Positions 10,466-18,093 of a stretch of 64,000 nt of DNA are shown here, one piece after another. The first letter of the stretch is position 1. Each line of letters opens with the position of its first letter. This stretch comes from a virus. A model generated the notes under the pieces. That model saw only the letters and a program-made list of their open reading frames with translations. It searched no databases and was not told the DNA's origin. The stretch lies in the IMG/VR virus record IMGVR_UViG_3300045988_163070. One strand, written 5' to 3'. Position numbers and translations under genes: made by a program.

Positions 10466-10500
10466 AGAGAGAACGTGAATTTCTCTCTTTGAATGGTTTT
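10466..10500 (+). terminator. candidate intrinsic terminator downstream of zorE
   Basis: 8-bp hairpin AGAGAGAA-cgtgaat-TTCTCTCT (10466-10488) followed by the T-rich ttgaatggttttatttt. Confidence 0.4.
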
Positions 10501-10596
10501 ATTTTCTTCATCCCTGCCTTATATCTATTTTCTTTATATTAGTCGCCATACAATAACCACCAATACTTAATGCTTCAATCATATTTAATCCCTTTC

Positions 10597-11316
10597 TTAT
10601 TTATTATGAAATATTCGTTTCAACTCTTCAATGGATAAAATCTTATCTTTTCTTCGATGTAACATAGCGTGACAATTGGGACAGACAGGAACCAGCTCAT
10701 TCTCGATATTGATAGCATAATTGCCATCTTTGGTTGAAATAGGATTTATATGGTGTACATGAATAAATCCTTTACCCAGTTCTCCATATGTTTTTTCAAA
10801 GTCAAAATCACAGACGACACATTTAACCCCTTTGGCTTGAATACACTTATTGCGTGCTTCGGTATTTCTCTCATGCTTAGTTATAAAGACCTGTTCAAAC
10901 TCTCCTTCATAAAACTCAACAACTTTTACCCTACCTTTTCTTTCAGGAGATTGGTGTTTTATTAATTCATAATGCTTTTGATAGATTTTTCGTTCATTTT
11001 TTTTCTTTATATTATTGTGCTTTTTCTCATAATATATAATAAAATCCATATAAGCATTTAAGGCTGTTTCCAATTTCTTAGTACCATAATCTTCATAGAT
11101 TTGAGATAAATAAAAATCCCTTAAATCTGTACTTATCCCTCTTGTATGCAATTCTCCATCAAGCATTTTCTGAAATGCCCTATAAAAATCTGCAAAAGAG
11201 TTTTTGTTAATACCATGCGTCAAGTGAAGCTTTTCTTTACCTATGACTAAACGTTCCTCCTTGTTATATATTGCTTTTACCATCTCATAAACGGCTTTCA
11301 TTTGTTCAAAATTCAT
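10597..11316 (-). CDS. HNH endonuclease with uncharacterised N-terminal domain
   Basis: C-terminal CVVCDFDFEKTYGELGKGFIHVHHINP...NELVPVCPNCHAMLHRR is a classic CxxC...HH...N...CxxCH HNH/McrA-like core. Confidence 0.8.
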   Translation of the reverse strand: MNFEQMKAVYEMVKAIYNKEERLVIGKEKLHLTHGINKNSFADFYRAFQKMLDGELHTRGISTDLRDFYLSQIYEDYGTKKLETALNAYMDFIIYYEKKHNNIKKKNERKIYQKHYELIKHQSPERKGRVKVVEFYEGEFEQVFITKHERNTEARNKCIQAKGVKCVVCDFDFEKTYGELGKGFIHVHHINPISTKDGNYAINIENELVPVCPNCHAMLHRRKDKILSIEELKRIFHNK

Positions 11317-11320
11317 ACTA

Positions 11321-12004
11321 TTATTCTTTTGGCATTATTAAAATCATATCCCCTAAAACCACTTTATGACAAACTCGGTCTGTAACATACCAATATGGAT
11401 ATTGAGAATTATTGTTGGATGTATCTATAAAACAATTCCATTTAGCATAAATAGGTGATGAAGCACCTGGGTCAAGACATAATAATTTAATAGGAATATC
11501 ATTCTCATTATATTCAATACCAATAGCTAATAAAGCATGACTATGCAGCTCTGATTCTCCTTTCTTTGGTTGATAAACTACGGAAATTATAATAGGTAAA
11601 TCATTTTTTGTTATATTATCATCAATGAACTTCACCGCATTTTCTAAACTTTGAGGATTTTTTTGCTTTGCATCAACACACAGCTCTTTAGAACAATAAT
11701 CACGTATTTCTTTAGCTAAACATCTATAGCTATATCCATTGCGAATTAACCCCTGTTCTTCAAGGAAATGAGATAAAAATTTCCCCCGATTATACCTTTT
11801 GTTTATAGGGCTATCTATAGAAATTTCTTCTTCAGATATTTTCCTCAAAATTAATAAATTCATCATTAATGAATACACCGCACAAGCACCATCCAAATCT
11901 CCTTGTTGATGATGTATTCTAACCCATTTTCCTGAGCAATCTTTAGATACAAGTCCTTTTTGAGGATGCAATTTTAGATTACTAACAATATTAATATATG
12001 TCAT
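11321..12004 (-). CDS. putative papain-fold (C39-like) cysteine peptidase
   Basis: Candidate catalytic pattern: QQGDLDGACAVYSLMMNL (Gln...Cys), HSHALLAIGIEY (His) and LCLDPG (Asp). Ends 4 nt before the HNH gene. Confidence 0.4.
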   Translation of the reverse strand: MTYINIVSNLKLHPQKGLVSKDCSGKWVRIHHQQGDLDGACAVYSLMMNLLILRKISEEEISIDSPINKRYNRGKFLSHFLEEQGLIRNGYSYRCLAKEIRDYCSKELCVDAKQKNPQSLENAVKFIDDNITKNDLPIIISVVYQPKKGESELHSHALLAIGIEYNENDIPIKLLCLDPGASSPIYAKWNCFIDTSNNNSQYPYWYVTDRVCHKVVLGDMILIMPKE

Positions 12005-12237
12005 ATATAAGAGTTTAGACTACAAAGGTAATTTAATTATTTTTTTTGCACCCATCAATTAGTCATAATTTATAGTTATACGTCAATTGATTCATACATA
12101 TTTACCTGCGAGCTCAGAGGTTCTTAACATCTCTGCATTCTCTTCACCGAAAGCGATTAAGATGCTATCACAATCGGGAGAATCTCCGCGAGTTCCATCC
12201 AGTCGAAAGAAGCGAATCCGGTCGTAAAAATTTCATT

Positions 12238-12786
12238 CTAAAATAATTTTAACTGAGTAGACAACTCTGGTTTATAAATTCTAAATTTACGATTAAAGAA
12301 AGTATCGAAAGCTGCTACAATTTCAGAAATAGTATTATCAGTAATACCTAACAGTTTATCATCAGCAATTATCAGAGACAGAGCTTTATCAAGAGTCATT
12401 TTCTTTTCAATATACAGGGAATATACCAGGTACCTACGAGTATATGTTCTGGTTTTGAGTGCTTCTACTTCCTCAGGTGTCGCTATTCTCTTATATAACA
12501 CTTTATACCAATGTGTCTCAGCAGTACGGGCACGTTTCTGCCTTGGTATCAAATCATAAAGCACTGCAATCTCTTTTTTCTGAATGCACTTATGTTTTTT
12601 ACGAACACCATACATCACATAAGGAGTGTTCCAATCCGGATGAGTTCTCCGGTATTCAAGTTCTTTCTCCCGATCAATAAGATCTTGCACAAAGTCTTGT
12701 TTCATTAACCATTCTTCGAACCAGGCAGCACGTGCCTCTTCTTTATTATAGTAATCTTTACCATTGATATTCACTGGAATACCCAT
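12238..12786 (-). CDS. hypothetical protein
   Basis: 182-aa ORF in the minus-strand operon; no motif recognised. Confidence 0.5.
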   Translation of the reverse strand: MGIPVNINGKDYYNKEEARAAWFEEWLMKQDFVQDLIDREKELEYRRTHPDWNTPYVMYGVRKKHKCIQKKEIAVLYDLIPRQKRARTAETHWYKVLYKRIATPEEVEALKTRTYTRRYLVYSLYIEKKMTLDKALSLIIADDKLLGITDNTISEIVAAFDTFFNRKFRIYKPELSTQLKLF

Positions 12787-13115
12787 TGTTTCTTGTTTTT
12801 TGAATTTCTTTTATTATTGACCTCTGACAAGCACATACGGCACCAGGAAGAAAGGGAATGGTAAATTTTTCCGTTTCTGTTAACAAACCTGTCATAAAAT
12901 CTATTTAAGTAGAAATAATTACCGCACCGGGTACACATTTTCATTTCACTTCCGGAAGAATCATACATATGATTACGAGGTTTACGATGAATAAGCGTAC
13001 ACCCTCTACATCCAGCATCTTCTCCACGATACCGGCGACAATGCGAAAGGGATTTTACTCCACATTTCGCAAAGTTCCGGCAGTCTATCCGAACTTCCGA
13101 CCGAATAACACTCAT
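12771..13115 (-). CDS. hypothetical Cys-rich (zinc-ribbon-like) protein
   Basis: Multiple CxxC-type pairs (CRGC, CTRCGNYF, CRMC). Overlaps its neighbours by a few nt, consistent with an operon. Confidence 0.45.
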   Translation of the reverse strand: MSVIRSEVRIDCRNFAKCGVKSLSHCRRYRGEDAGCRGCTLIHRKPRNHMYDSSGSEMKMCTRCGNYFYLNRFYDRFVNRNGKIYHSLSSWCRMCLSEVNNKRNSKNKKQWVFQ

Positions 13116-13900
13116 GATTGTTCAATAGTGGATAACAATTCTTTAGCTCGGCTAATCTGCCGACGATTAAGATATGATTGCCAGCATTTATTATACCGGG
13201 ACCAGCGAAAAGCATTATACTTCAGTTGGTCTCGAATGTCCTCACTTGGAACACCACTGAAGAATAATTGTAAGCGGTTATCTTCTGTATTCTCAACAAC
13301 ACGAACATCATTGATTACGTACTCCTTTGTTTCAGTTTCTTTCAACTTCTTGGCTTTCTCCAAACGCAATTTTGCATCCCTGATTCTTGCGTTGTTATTG
13401 GTGAGCATATAAGAAGGGAAACCATAACCGTACATAGCAGGTTTTGTAAGTTCAATCGCTTTCTCTTCTGAAAATCCCATTCCCTGCAATTGTTCAACTT
13501 TTGCAACATCATTAAGTTTCTTACTCCGAAGTACTTTATTAGCTGCCTTCATCATGCTTTGAGATTTTTCTAACGCATCTATTTTTTCCTGCAGACGGTC
13601 TACTGCATCATCATCTTCAAGATAGATATTGTTATTGTTCTCAGCTGCTTCAGCCTTTCGTTCAAAATACTCAGCTTTCTCTTCCAATTTAACGGATTTT
13701 CCTATAGCATTCCAAGAGCGATCTAAAAGATTACGATGTGATCTTTCTGAATGATGCCCTACGAGTATAGGCTGTCCTAAAGGGATATGTTCAACCATCT
13801 TGTGGCTCTGATCATAGACTTTAGTCGACTGGCATCTTGCCTTTCCTGCCAGTTCTCTGTATCTATCAGCTCTGGCCTCTTGTTTTTCTTTTCTGTTCAT
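13112..13900 (-). CDS. DUF3560-like protein
   Basis: IPLGQPILVGHHSERSHRN matches the GQPILVGHHSE signature I associate with DUF3560 proteins of phages and plasmids. Confidence 0.5.
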   Translation of the reverse strand: MNRKEKQEARADRYRELAGKARCQSTKVYDQSHKMVEHIPLGQPILVGHHSERSHRNLLDRSWNAIGKSVKLEEKAEYFERKAEAAENNNNIYLEDDDAVDRLQEKIDALEKSQSMMKAANKVLRSKKLNDVAKVEQLQGMGFSEEKAIELTKPAMYGYGFPSYMLTNNNARIRDAKLRLEKAKKLKETETKEYVINDVRVVENTEDNRLQLFFSGVPSEDIRDQLKYNAFRWSRYNKCWQSYLNRRQISRAKELLSTIEQS

Positions 13901-13948
13901 AATTTTACATTACTTTGGTTTGACTTATATAAAACTGAAAGACCACAG

Positions 13949-14524
13949 CTACTTTGCCATGGTCTTATCATTAAATAATTTCGGTTCACCGATAGGAACC
14001 AGGTCATCAAACAGACCGGGAACACGGGGAATTAATGCTTCATATTCCTCACGAAAAAACTCAATTTTCGTACGCCCCTGTTTTTTACCCTTCCTGGTAT
14101 GTACATCAAAAGTATAGGGAGGAATAGGTATAGGGTAACGCCTAACATCCTCTATCCATTTCTCTATGTCCACATCTCTTCTGTCATAAATGAAGTTCTG
14201 CAAATGATCTGCATCCCGGTTTTTCCTGCATTCACAAAGAAGAATAACCGCTTTGCTGACAAATATCCGCCCCTTGGGTTCAGTAGCATTCTTGTTTACC
14301 AATTCATGACCTTGCCACAATGCTTCTATCTCTTTTGTTATGATACCGAAGCAATCTTCTGCACTAATGGTATATAAACGCTTCCACACATAGTCGCGGT
14401 ATCCACTCGCCCATAATTCCAATGCAAAAAAGCCGGCTACCCCGGTATCGGCTCGCCGGATCGCTTTTTGCATTGCAGAACTCACCTCGAAGAAATCATA
14501 TCCGCAAATTGTTCTAATAATCAT
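13949..14524 (-). CDS. stand-alone MgsA/RarA C-terminal-like domain protein
   Basis: FEVSSAMQKAIRRADTGVAGFFALELWASGYRDYVWKRLYTISAEDCFG resembles the MgsA_C helical domain (SA..KS.RGSD...A.yW...EDiG). No AAA+ domain is present. Confidence 0.5.
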   Translation of the reverse strand: MIIRTICGYDFFEVSSAMQKAIRRADTGVAGFFALELWASGYRDYVWKRLYTISAEDCFGIITKEIEALWQGHELVNKNATEPKGRIFVSKAVILLCECRKNRDADHLQNFIYDRRDVDIEKWIEDVRRYPIPIPPYTFDVHTRKGKKQGRTKIEFFREEYEALIPRVPGLFDDLVPIGEPKLFNDKTMAK

Positions 14525-14550
14525 AATTTTAATTTAATGATTTGATTTTT

Positions 14551-14622
14551 AATTGATTACATCAGTAAATTTAGCTAAAAAAGGCGGATATAGCAAACAG
14601 ATTGAACGCCATTTAAACGCCT
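14551..14622 (-). promoter_or_regulatory. conserved promoter cassette, copy A (TTTG-N20-TAAATTTA plus upstream AATGGCG-type direct repeat)
   Basis: Minus-strand -33 TTTG (plus caaa 14594-14597) and -7 TAAATTTA (14566-14573), spaced by 20 nt. Shares ttacatcagtaaa and gcaaac..cgccattt.a.cgcc with copies B and C. Confidence 0.55.
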
Positions 14623-14634
14623 TTTTACAAGTTA

Positions 14635-15387
14635 TTAGAATTTGAATTTGCAGGATATATTATACTGTACAAGCTGCTTTGTCTTGTCCTTTCCGTTGTT
14701 AGTAGCACTCTTCAGGAGAATGCTATCACCAAAACTTTTCTTGATGAAAAGAATGGATCTACGCTCCTCTTCTTGGTTCCTGATTGAGGAAAGGCCACCG
14801 GCATTTATGAAAGTATTCTTTTGCTCAAAGTTATACCGTAAATCAGTCAATATCCGGCGCTCTTTATACTTCATGTAACAGGATATCCAAAAATCTTCTT
14901 TTAAACGGATTTCCTCATTCCACCAGGTATTTTTATTGTAAATTACTCCATAACTGCAACCGGTTATCATTTTTGAGAGAGAAAGAAAAGCTGATTCGTC
15001 ATACATCACAGGTGATATCCGGGAAGTGAAACCAAAGAGATGAACATCCATCATACTGGCCATCTCAAATAACGACTGAATGATATTAGTGATTCTATCC
15101 TTATCTTTCACACGCCCCGGTTCTCCCTTTTCGGCACAGATAGCTTTACAGGCGTGCACATCATCGTCTATCATGAAGAGTTCACCAAAATATTTCGCCA
15201 TCCAGTTACGTTTAGGTATAAGGCCGATTATATCGTCTGGGTGCGTTACGATCTCACATTCCGGATTAAACTGCTGATATAAGTCTGCCTGACTCTCAGC
15301 AACACAAATAATAGGATCATTCACCAATTTTTTAGCAAACACCCGGTCATGGCGCTTATGACTTGGTATTACTATTTTGCAGGGCAT
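14635..15387 (-). CDS. putative GT-A-fold glycosyltransferase (possibly DNA-base glycosyltransferase, TAGT-like)
   Basis: KIVIPSHKRHDR near the N-terminus, DxD-like FMIDDDVH, and later LKEDFWISCY...NAGGLSSIR. From memory this pattern resembles TET/JBP-associated glycosyltransferases. Not verified by search. Confidence 0.4.
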   Translation of the reverse strand: MPCKIVIPSHKRHDRVFAKKLVNDPIICVAESQADLYQQFNPECEIVTHPDDIIGLIPKRNWMAKYFGELFMIDDDVHACKAICAEKGEPGRVKDKDRITNIIQSLFEMASMMDVHLFGFTSRISPVMYDESAFLSLSKMITGCSYGVIYNKNTWWNEEIRLKEDFWISCYMKYKERRILTDLRYNFEQKNTFINAGGLSSIRNQEEERRSILFIKKSFGDSILLKSATNNGKDKTKQLVQYNISCKFKF

Positions 15388-16018
15388 GACGGACGTCTTT
15401 TATATCAACAACATTACTCTTACTTATTTTCCCAGTTTTATAGGACTTCATGTGCTGCATATCCAGTCTTTCACGAAGCCAGTTACTATCAACTTCATTA
15501 CTTGAGGTAATGATGAATAGCTCATGCTTTTCATCATATTTGGGAATAAGAGGATAGATAGCTGTATCATCTGTGATCGTATCAAACCGCTCTTTAAATT
15601 CGTCCTCTTTCTTTTCAGGATTAAACTCGATCCCCCATTCCTGAAGTTCAGACTTATTCCACTCATTTTCCATAGCGTCCATATCATTCTCACCAAAATT
15701 GACATTATCCTTTGTAGCATACTCTCTAAGCTTCTTCACTGGAGTATCAGATGGCAAAACCTTACATGGAAGTTCTTTGTATCCAAGTTCCTTACAAGCA
15801 CGTAAACGGAGATTGCCACAAACAACAATATACCGGCCATCATTATAGGGAAATATTATAAGCTCTCTAAGTTCAAGCATTTCAGGCGAATCCTGAATAC
15901 TTTTCTTCATCGCTTCAAAGCGATAATCACGGAAAAAGCGCGGATTTTTCGGTAATCCCATGAGCTGCCCCTTATTAAAATCAAGTAGGCATACTTGAAT
16001 TGTCTCTGTCATAACCAA
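15356..16018 (-). CDS. ParB-like nuclease (ParB/Srx) domain protein
   Basis: GLPKNPRFFRDYRFEAMKKSIQDSPEMLELRELIIFP...YIVVCGNLRLRACKELGYKELPCKVL matches the ParB N-terminal domain pattern. Confidence 0.7.
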   Translation of the reverse strand: MVMTETIQVCLLDFNKGQLMGLPKNPRFFRDYRFEAMKKSIQDSPEMLELRELIIFPYNDGRYIVVCGNLRLRACKELGYKELPCKVLPSDTPVKKLREYATKDNVNFGENDMDAMENEWNKSELQEWGIEFNPEKKEDEFKERFDTITDDTAIYPLIPKYDEKHELFIITSSNEVDSNWLRERLDMQHMKSYKTGKISKSNVVDIKDVRHALQNSNTKS

Positions 16019-16115
16019 CTATATTAAAATCAACAACACTAACAGTCAGCAGGCAGACTCGAATTATCTCTGCCATAACCAACTATATTAAAATCAACAA
16101 CACTAACAGTCAGCA
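15997..16115. repeat. two-copy 64-bp-period tandem duplication spanning the start of the ParB-like gene
   Basis: 15997-16051 (gaattgtctctgtcataaccaactatattaaaatcaacaacactaacagtcagca) is repeated at 16061-16115 with 2 mismatches. Confidence 0.85.
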
Positions 16116-16127
16116 ACAACGCCTTAA

Positions 16128-16424
16128 TCACCTCTCTGACTCCTCAGAGAGCAAATCTATTGCTCTCTTAATTTCACCCTCGATATCCTTACATCCGTAA
16201 TGCTTTAGAAAGGCAACGGTAACTATTATAATATCAGCAGCTCTCTTTTTATATTCTGGATGATATGTTATATCATCGCACGGTAATTCTGATAGTTCGT
16301 CAAACCTCCTCCAAGCAGCAGATATTTTTAAACTGAAAGCCTTTTTGGAGGTGTTATCATTCAGATGAAAGCGGTGCTCTATTATTTTCGAAATCTTAGG
16401 AGCCAACTTATTCAATGTTATCAT
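16128..16424 (-). CDS. hypothetical protein (weak all-alpha MazG-like resemblance)
   Basis: 98-aa ORF. FDELSE...AADIIIVTVAFLKHYGCKDIEGEIKRAI is only loosely MazG-like. Confidence 0.35.
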   Translation of the reverse strand: MITLNKLAPKISKIIEHRFHLNDNTSKKAFSLKISAAWRRFDELSELPCDDITYHPEYKKRAADIIIVTVAFLKHYGCKDIEGEIKRAIDLLSEESER

Positions 16425-16532
16425 AAATGATTAGGTTAAATTGTTAGACTAATAATAATCTCACTCTGTTTTATACAGGCTGGTCCCTTATGTGGAACCT
16501 GTAAATGATTCTTTTGTACACACGCATGATAA

Positions 16533-16826
16533 TTAGAGTTTTTCTTGTAACTTTTCCATTGCTTCGGTTGCACAAAGCAATGCGTAATTACTATCAACAG
16601 AAATATACGTTTGAATTGTAAACCAAAGCCCTAATATCCTCACTTGCAAAAAATAAGCAGTTTGGAAATTCCTTGCCTGAAATTGCCCTTCTAAACACAT
16701 ATACTTAGAAAGACTAAAGTAAATAGCATCTACTTTTTTAATTCTTAATTTTTTCATTCTATACTTTTGGGGATGAATATATTTTTTACTGGCCATAGAA
16801 GTATTATCAAAACTCACTAAATTCAT
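16533..16826 (-). CDS. hypothetical protein
   Basis: 97-aa ORF on the operon strand; composition only moderately protein-like. Confidence 0.25.
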   Translation of the reverse strand: MNLVSFDNTSMASKKYIHPQKYRMKKLRIKKVDAIYFSLSKYMCLEGQFQARNFQTAYFLQVRILGLWFTIQTYISVDSNYALLCATEAMEKLQEKL

Positions 16827-16864
16827 GAAAGACCTTAAAGAGTTTTTTATCTGCCAGCATACAA

Positions 16865-17305
16865 TTATTTATTTAGAGGGTCCGTAGTATCCAAATATTT
16901 CCTATATTCCAATTCTGTTTTAGCAAGATTAATAAGAGTATTGACGCCTTGAAAAACCTGTTTTGCTTGATTTACTTTATTAGGATCTTCTTTCACGTCC
17001 TTTATTTGTTGAAGAACCAAGTTCCTCATATCTTGCAAAATGGTAGGATTCACGGTAGACACCTTATTCAACCGCTCATTCGCCAATATGACAACAGTGC
17101 TTGTTATTGATCGGAAACGATTCAACTTCGAAGCTAAATCAAATATACTAAATATTAGTACTTTGCCATTGTTCAAGTATATTTCAACTTCGGTACCATC
17201 ATCACCGGTACCATCACAATAGTTGAGAATTACAATTTCTTCATTCTGATAAAGGAATGGTTTATTAACCATCTCTTTTAATCTATCTATTGCATTATCA
17301 CTCAT
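16865..17305 (-). CDS. hypothetical protein
   Basis: 146-aa ORF that overlaps the upstream HNH gene stop by 4 nt. Confidence 0.5.
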   Translation of the reverse strand: MSDNAIDRLKEMVNKPFLYQNEEIVILNYCDGTGDDGTEVEIYLNNGKVLIFSIFDLASKLNRFRSITSTVVILANERLNKVSTVNPTILQDMRNLVLQQIKDVKEDPNKVNQAKQVFQGVNTLINLAKTELEYRKYLDTTDPLNK

Positions 17306-18072
17306 GATTTATTCTTTTTTGTTGCTTTATTAATCTGTCTATTCAAAGCTCCTTTCAGCTTAATTAGGTACTGAACATCTTCCGGGTACCGGGCATACAT
17401 AGAATTTTCATTTTTTAGTTGTTCCGAGCGACTAATCATGTAAAGGTTCTCAATAGAAGCATTCTGTCTATTGCCATCTTTGAACTGAATATTGTAGCCA
17501 GAAGGAATTTCACCATTATATTCAACCCATACGAGCCGATGTTTCGGCTCAAAGACATTCGGTTCAGCAGTTTTCACTTCAATATAACCGTCACGGGTTA
17601 TACGTTCATGACCAACCGGCTTATGATTCTTTGGAATGTGTCCTTTCCGGAAACGTGTAGCCTTAGTTTTTTCAATTTGGGCATCAGACATATATTCTGT
17701 TTGCTTACGTCCCTTATTCATTGGTTGATGTCCTTTGGGGAAGAAACCCTTTGAAGAATGTTCAAACAAGAATTTTGCAGACTTTCTCAATTTCATTTTA
17801 AAAGCAATGCCACTGACAGCACTTTCTGTTGAGCTAAGAATTGAAGCTATTTCAAGATTTGTATGATCTGGATAAAGTGTAATCAATTTTTCCTTTCTAT
17901 CCGGACTCCATGTTCTTACATTGGGGGAACGTTTCAATTTCCGTTTTAAAGCCTTACTCTTGATAGCCTCACGTGATTTTCCAAGACGCTCTGCAAGTTC
18001 ATTCAAATTAGCGGTTGAAAACTCACTATCAAGGATAGCGAGTTGTTCGTCAGTCCAAGTTTTCATAAGCAT
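17302..18072 (-). CDS. HNH_3-type homing-like endonuclease with N-terminal HTH repeats
   Basis: HRLVWVEYNGEIPSGYNIQFKDGNRQNASIENLYMISRSE matches the HNH_3 (AP2/NUMOD-associated) pattern. Confidence 0.65.
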   Translation of the reverse strand: MLMKTWTDEQLAILDSEFSTANLNELAERLGKSREAIKSKALKRKLKRSPNVRTWSPDRKEKLITLYPDHTNLEIASILSSTESAVSGIAFKMKLRKSAKFLFEHSSKGFFPKGHQPMNKGRKQTEYMSDAQIEKTKATRFRKGHIPKNHKPVGHERITRDGYIEVKTAEPNVFEPKHRLVWVEYNGEIPSGYNIQFKDGNRQNASIENLYMISRSEQLKNENSMYARYPEDVQYLIKLKGALNRQINKATKKNKS

Positions 18073-18093
18073 GTCAATAAAGAGAGGAAACCG

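Noticed and set aside
12969-13412. 147-aa plus-strand ORF
   Set aside because: It is antisense to the Cys-rich gene and the DUF3560-like gene, and its sequence is low-complexity.
15997-16115. CRISPR-like array
   Set aside because: There are only two adjacent near-identical copies, with a 9-nt junction rather than unique spacers. This is a simple tandem duplication.
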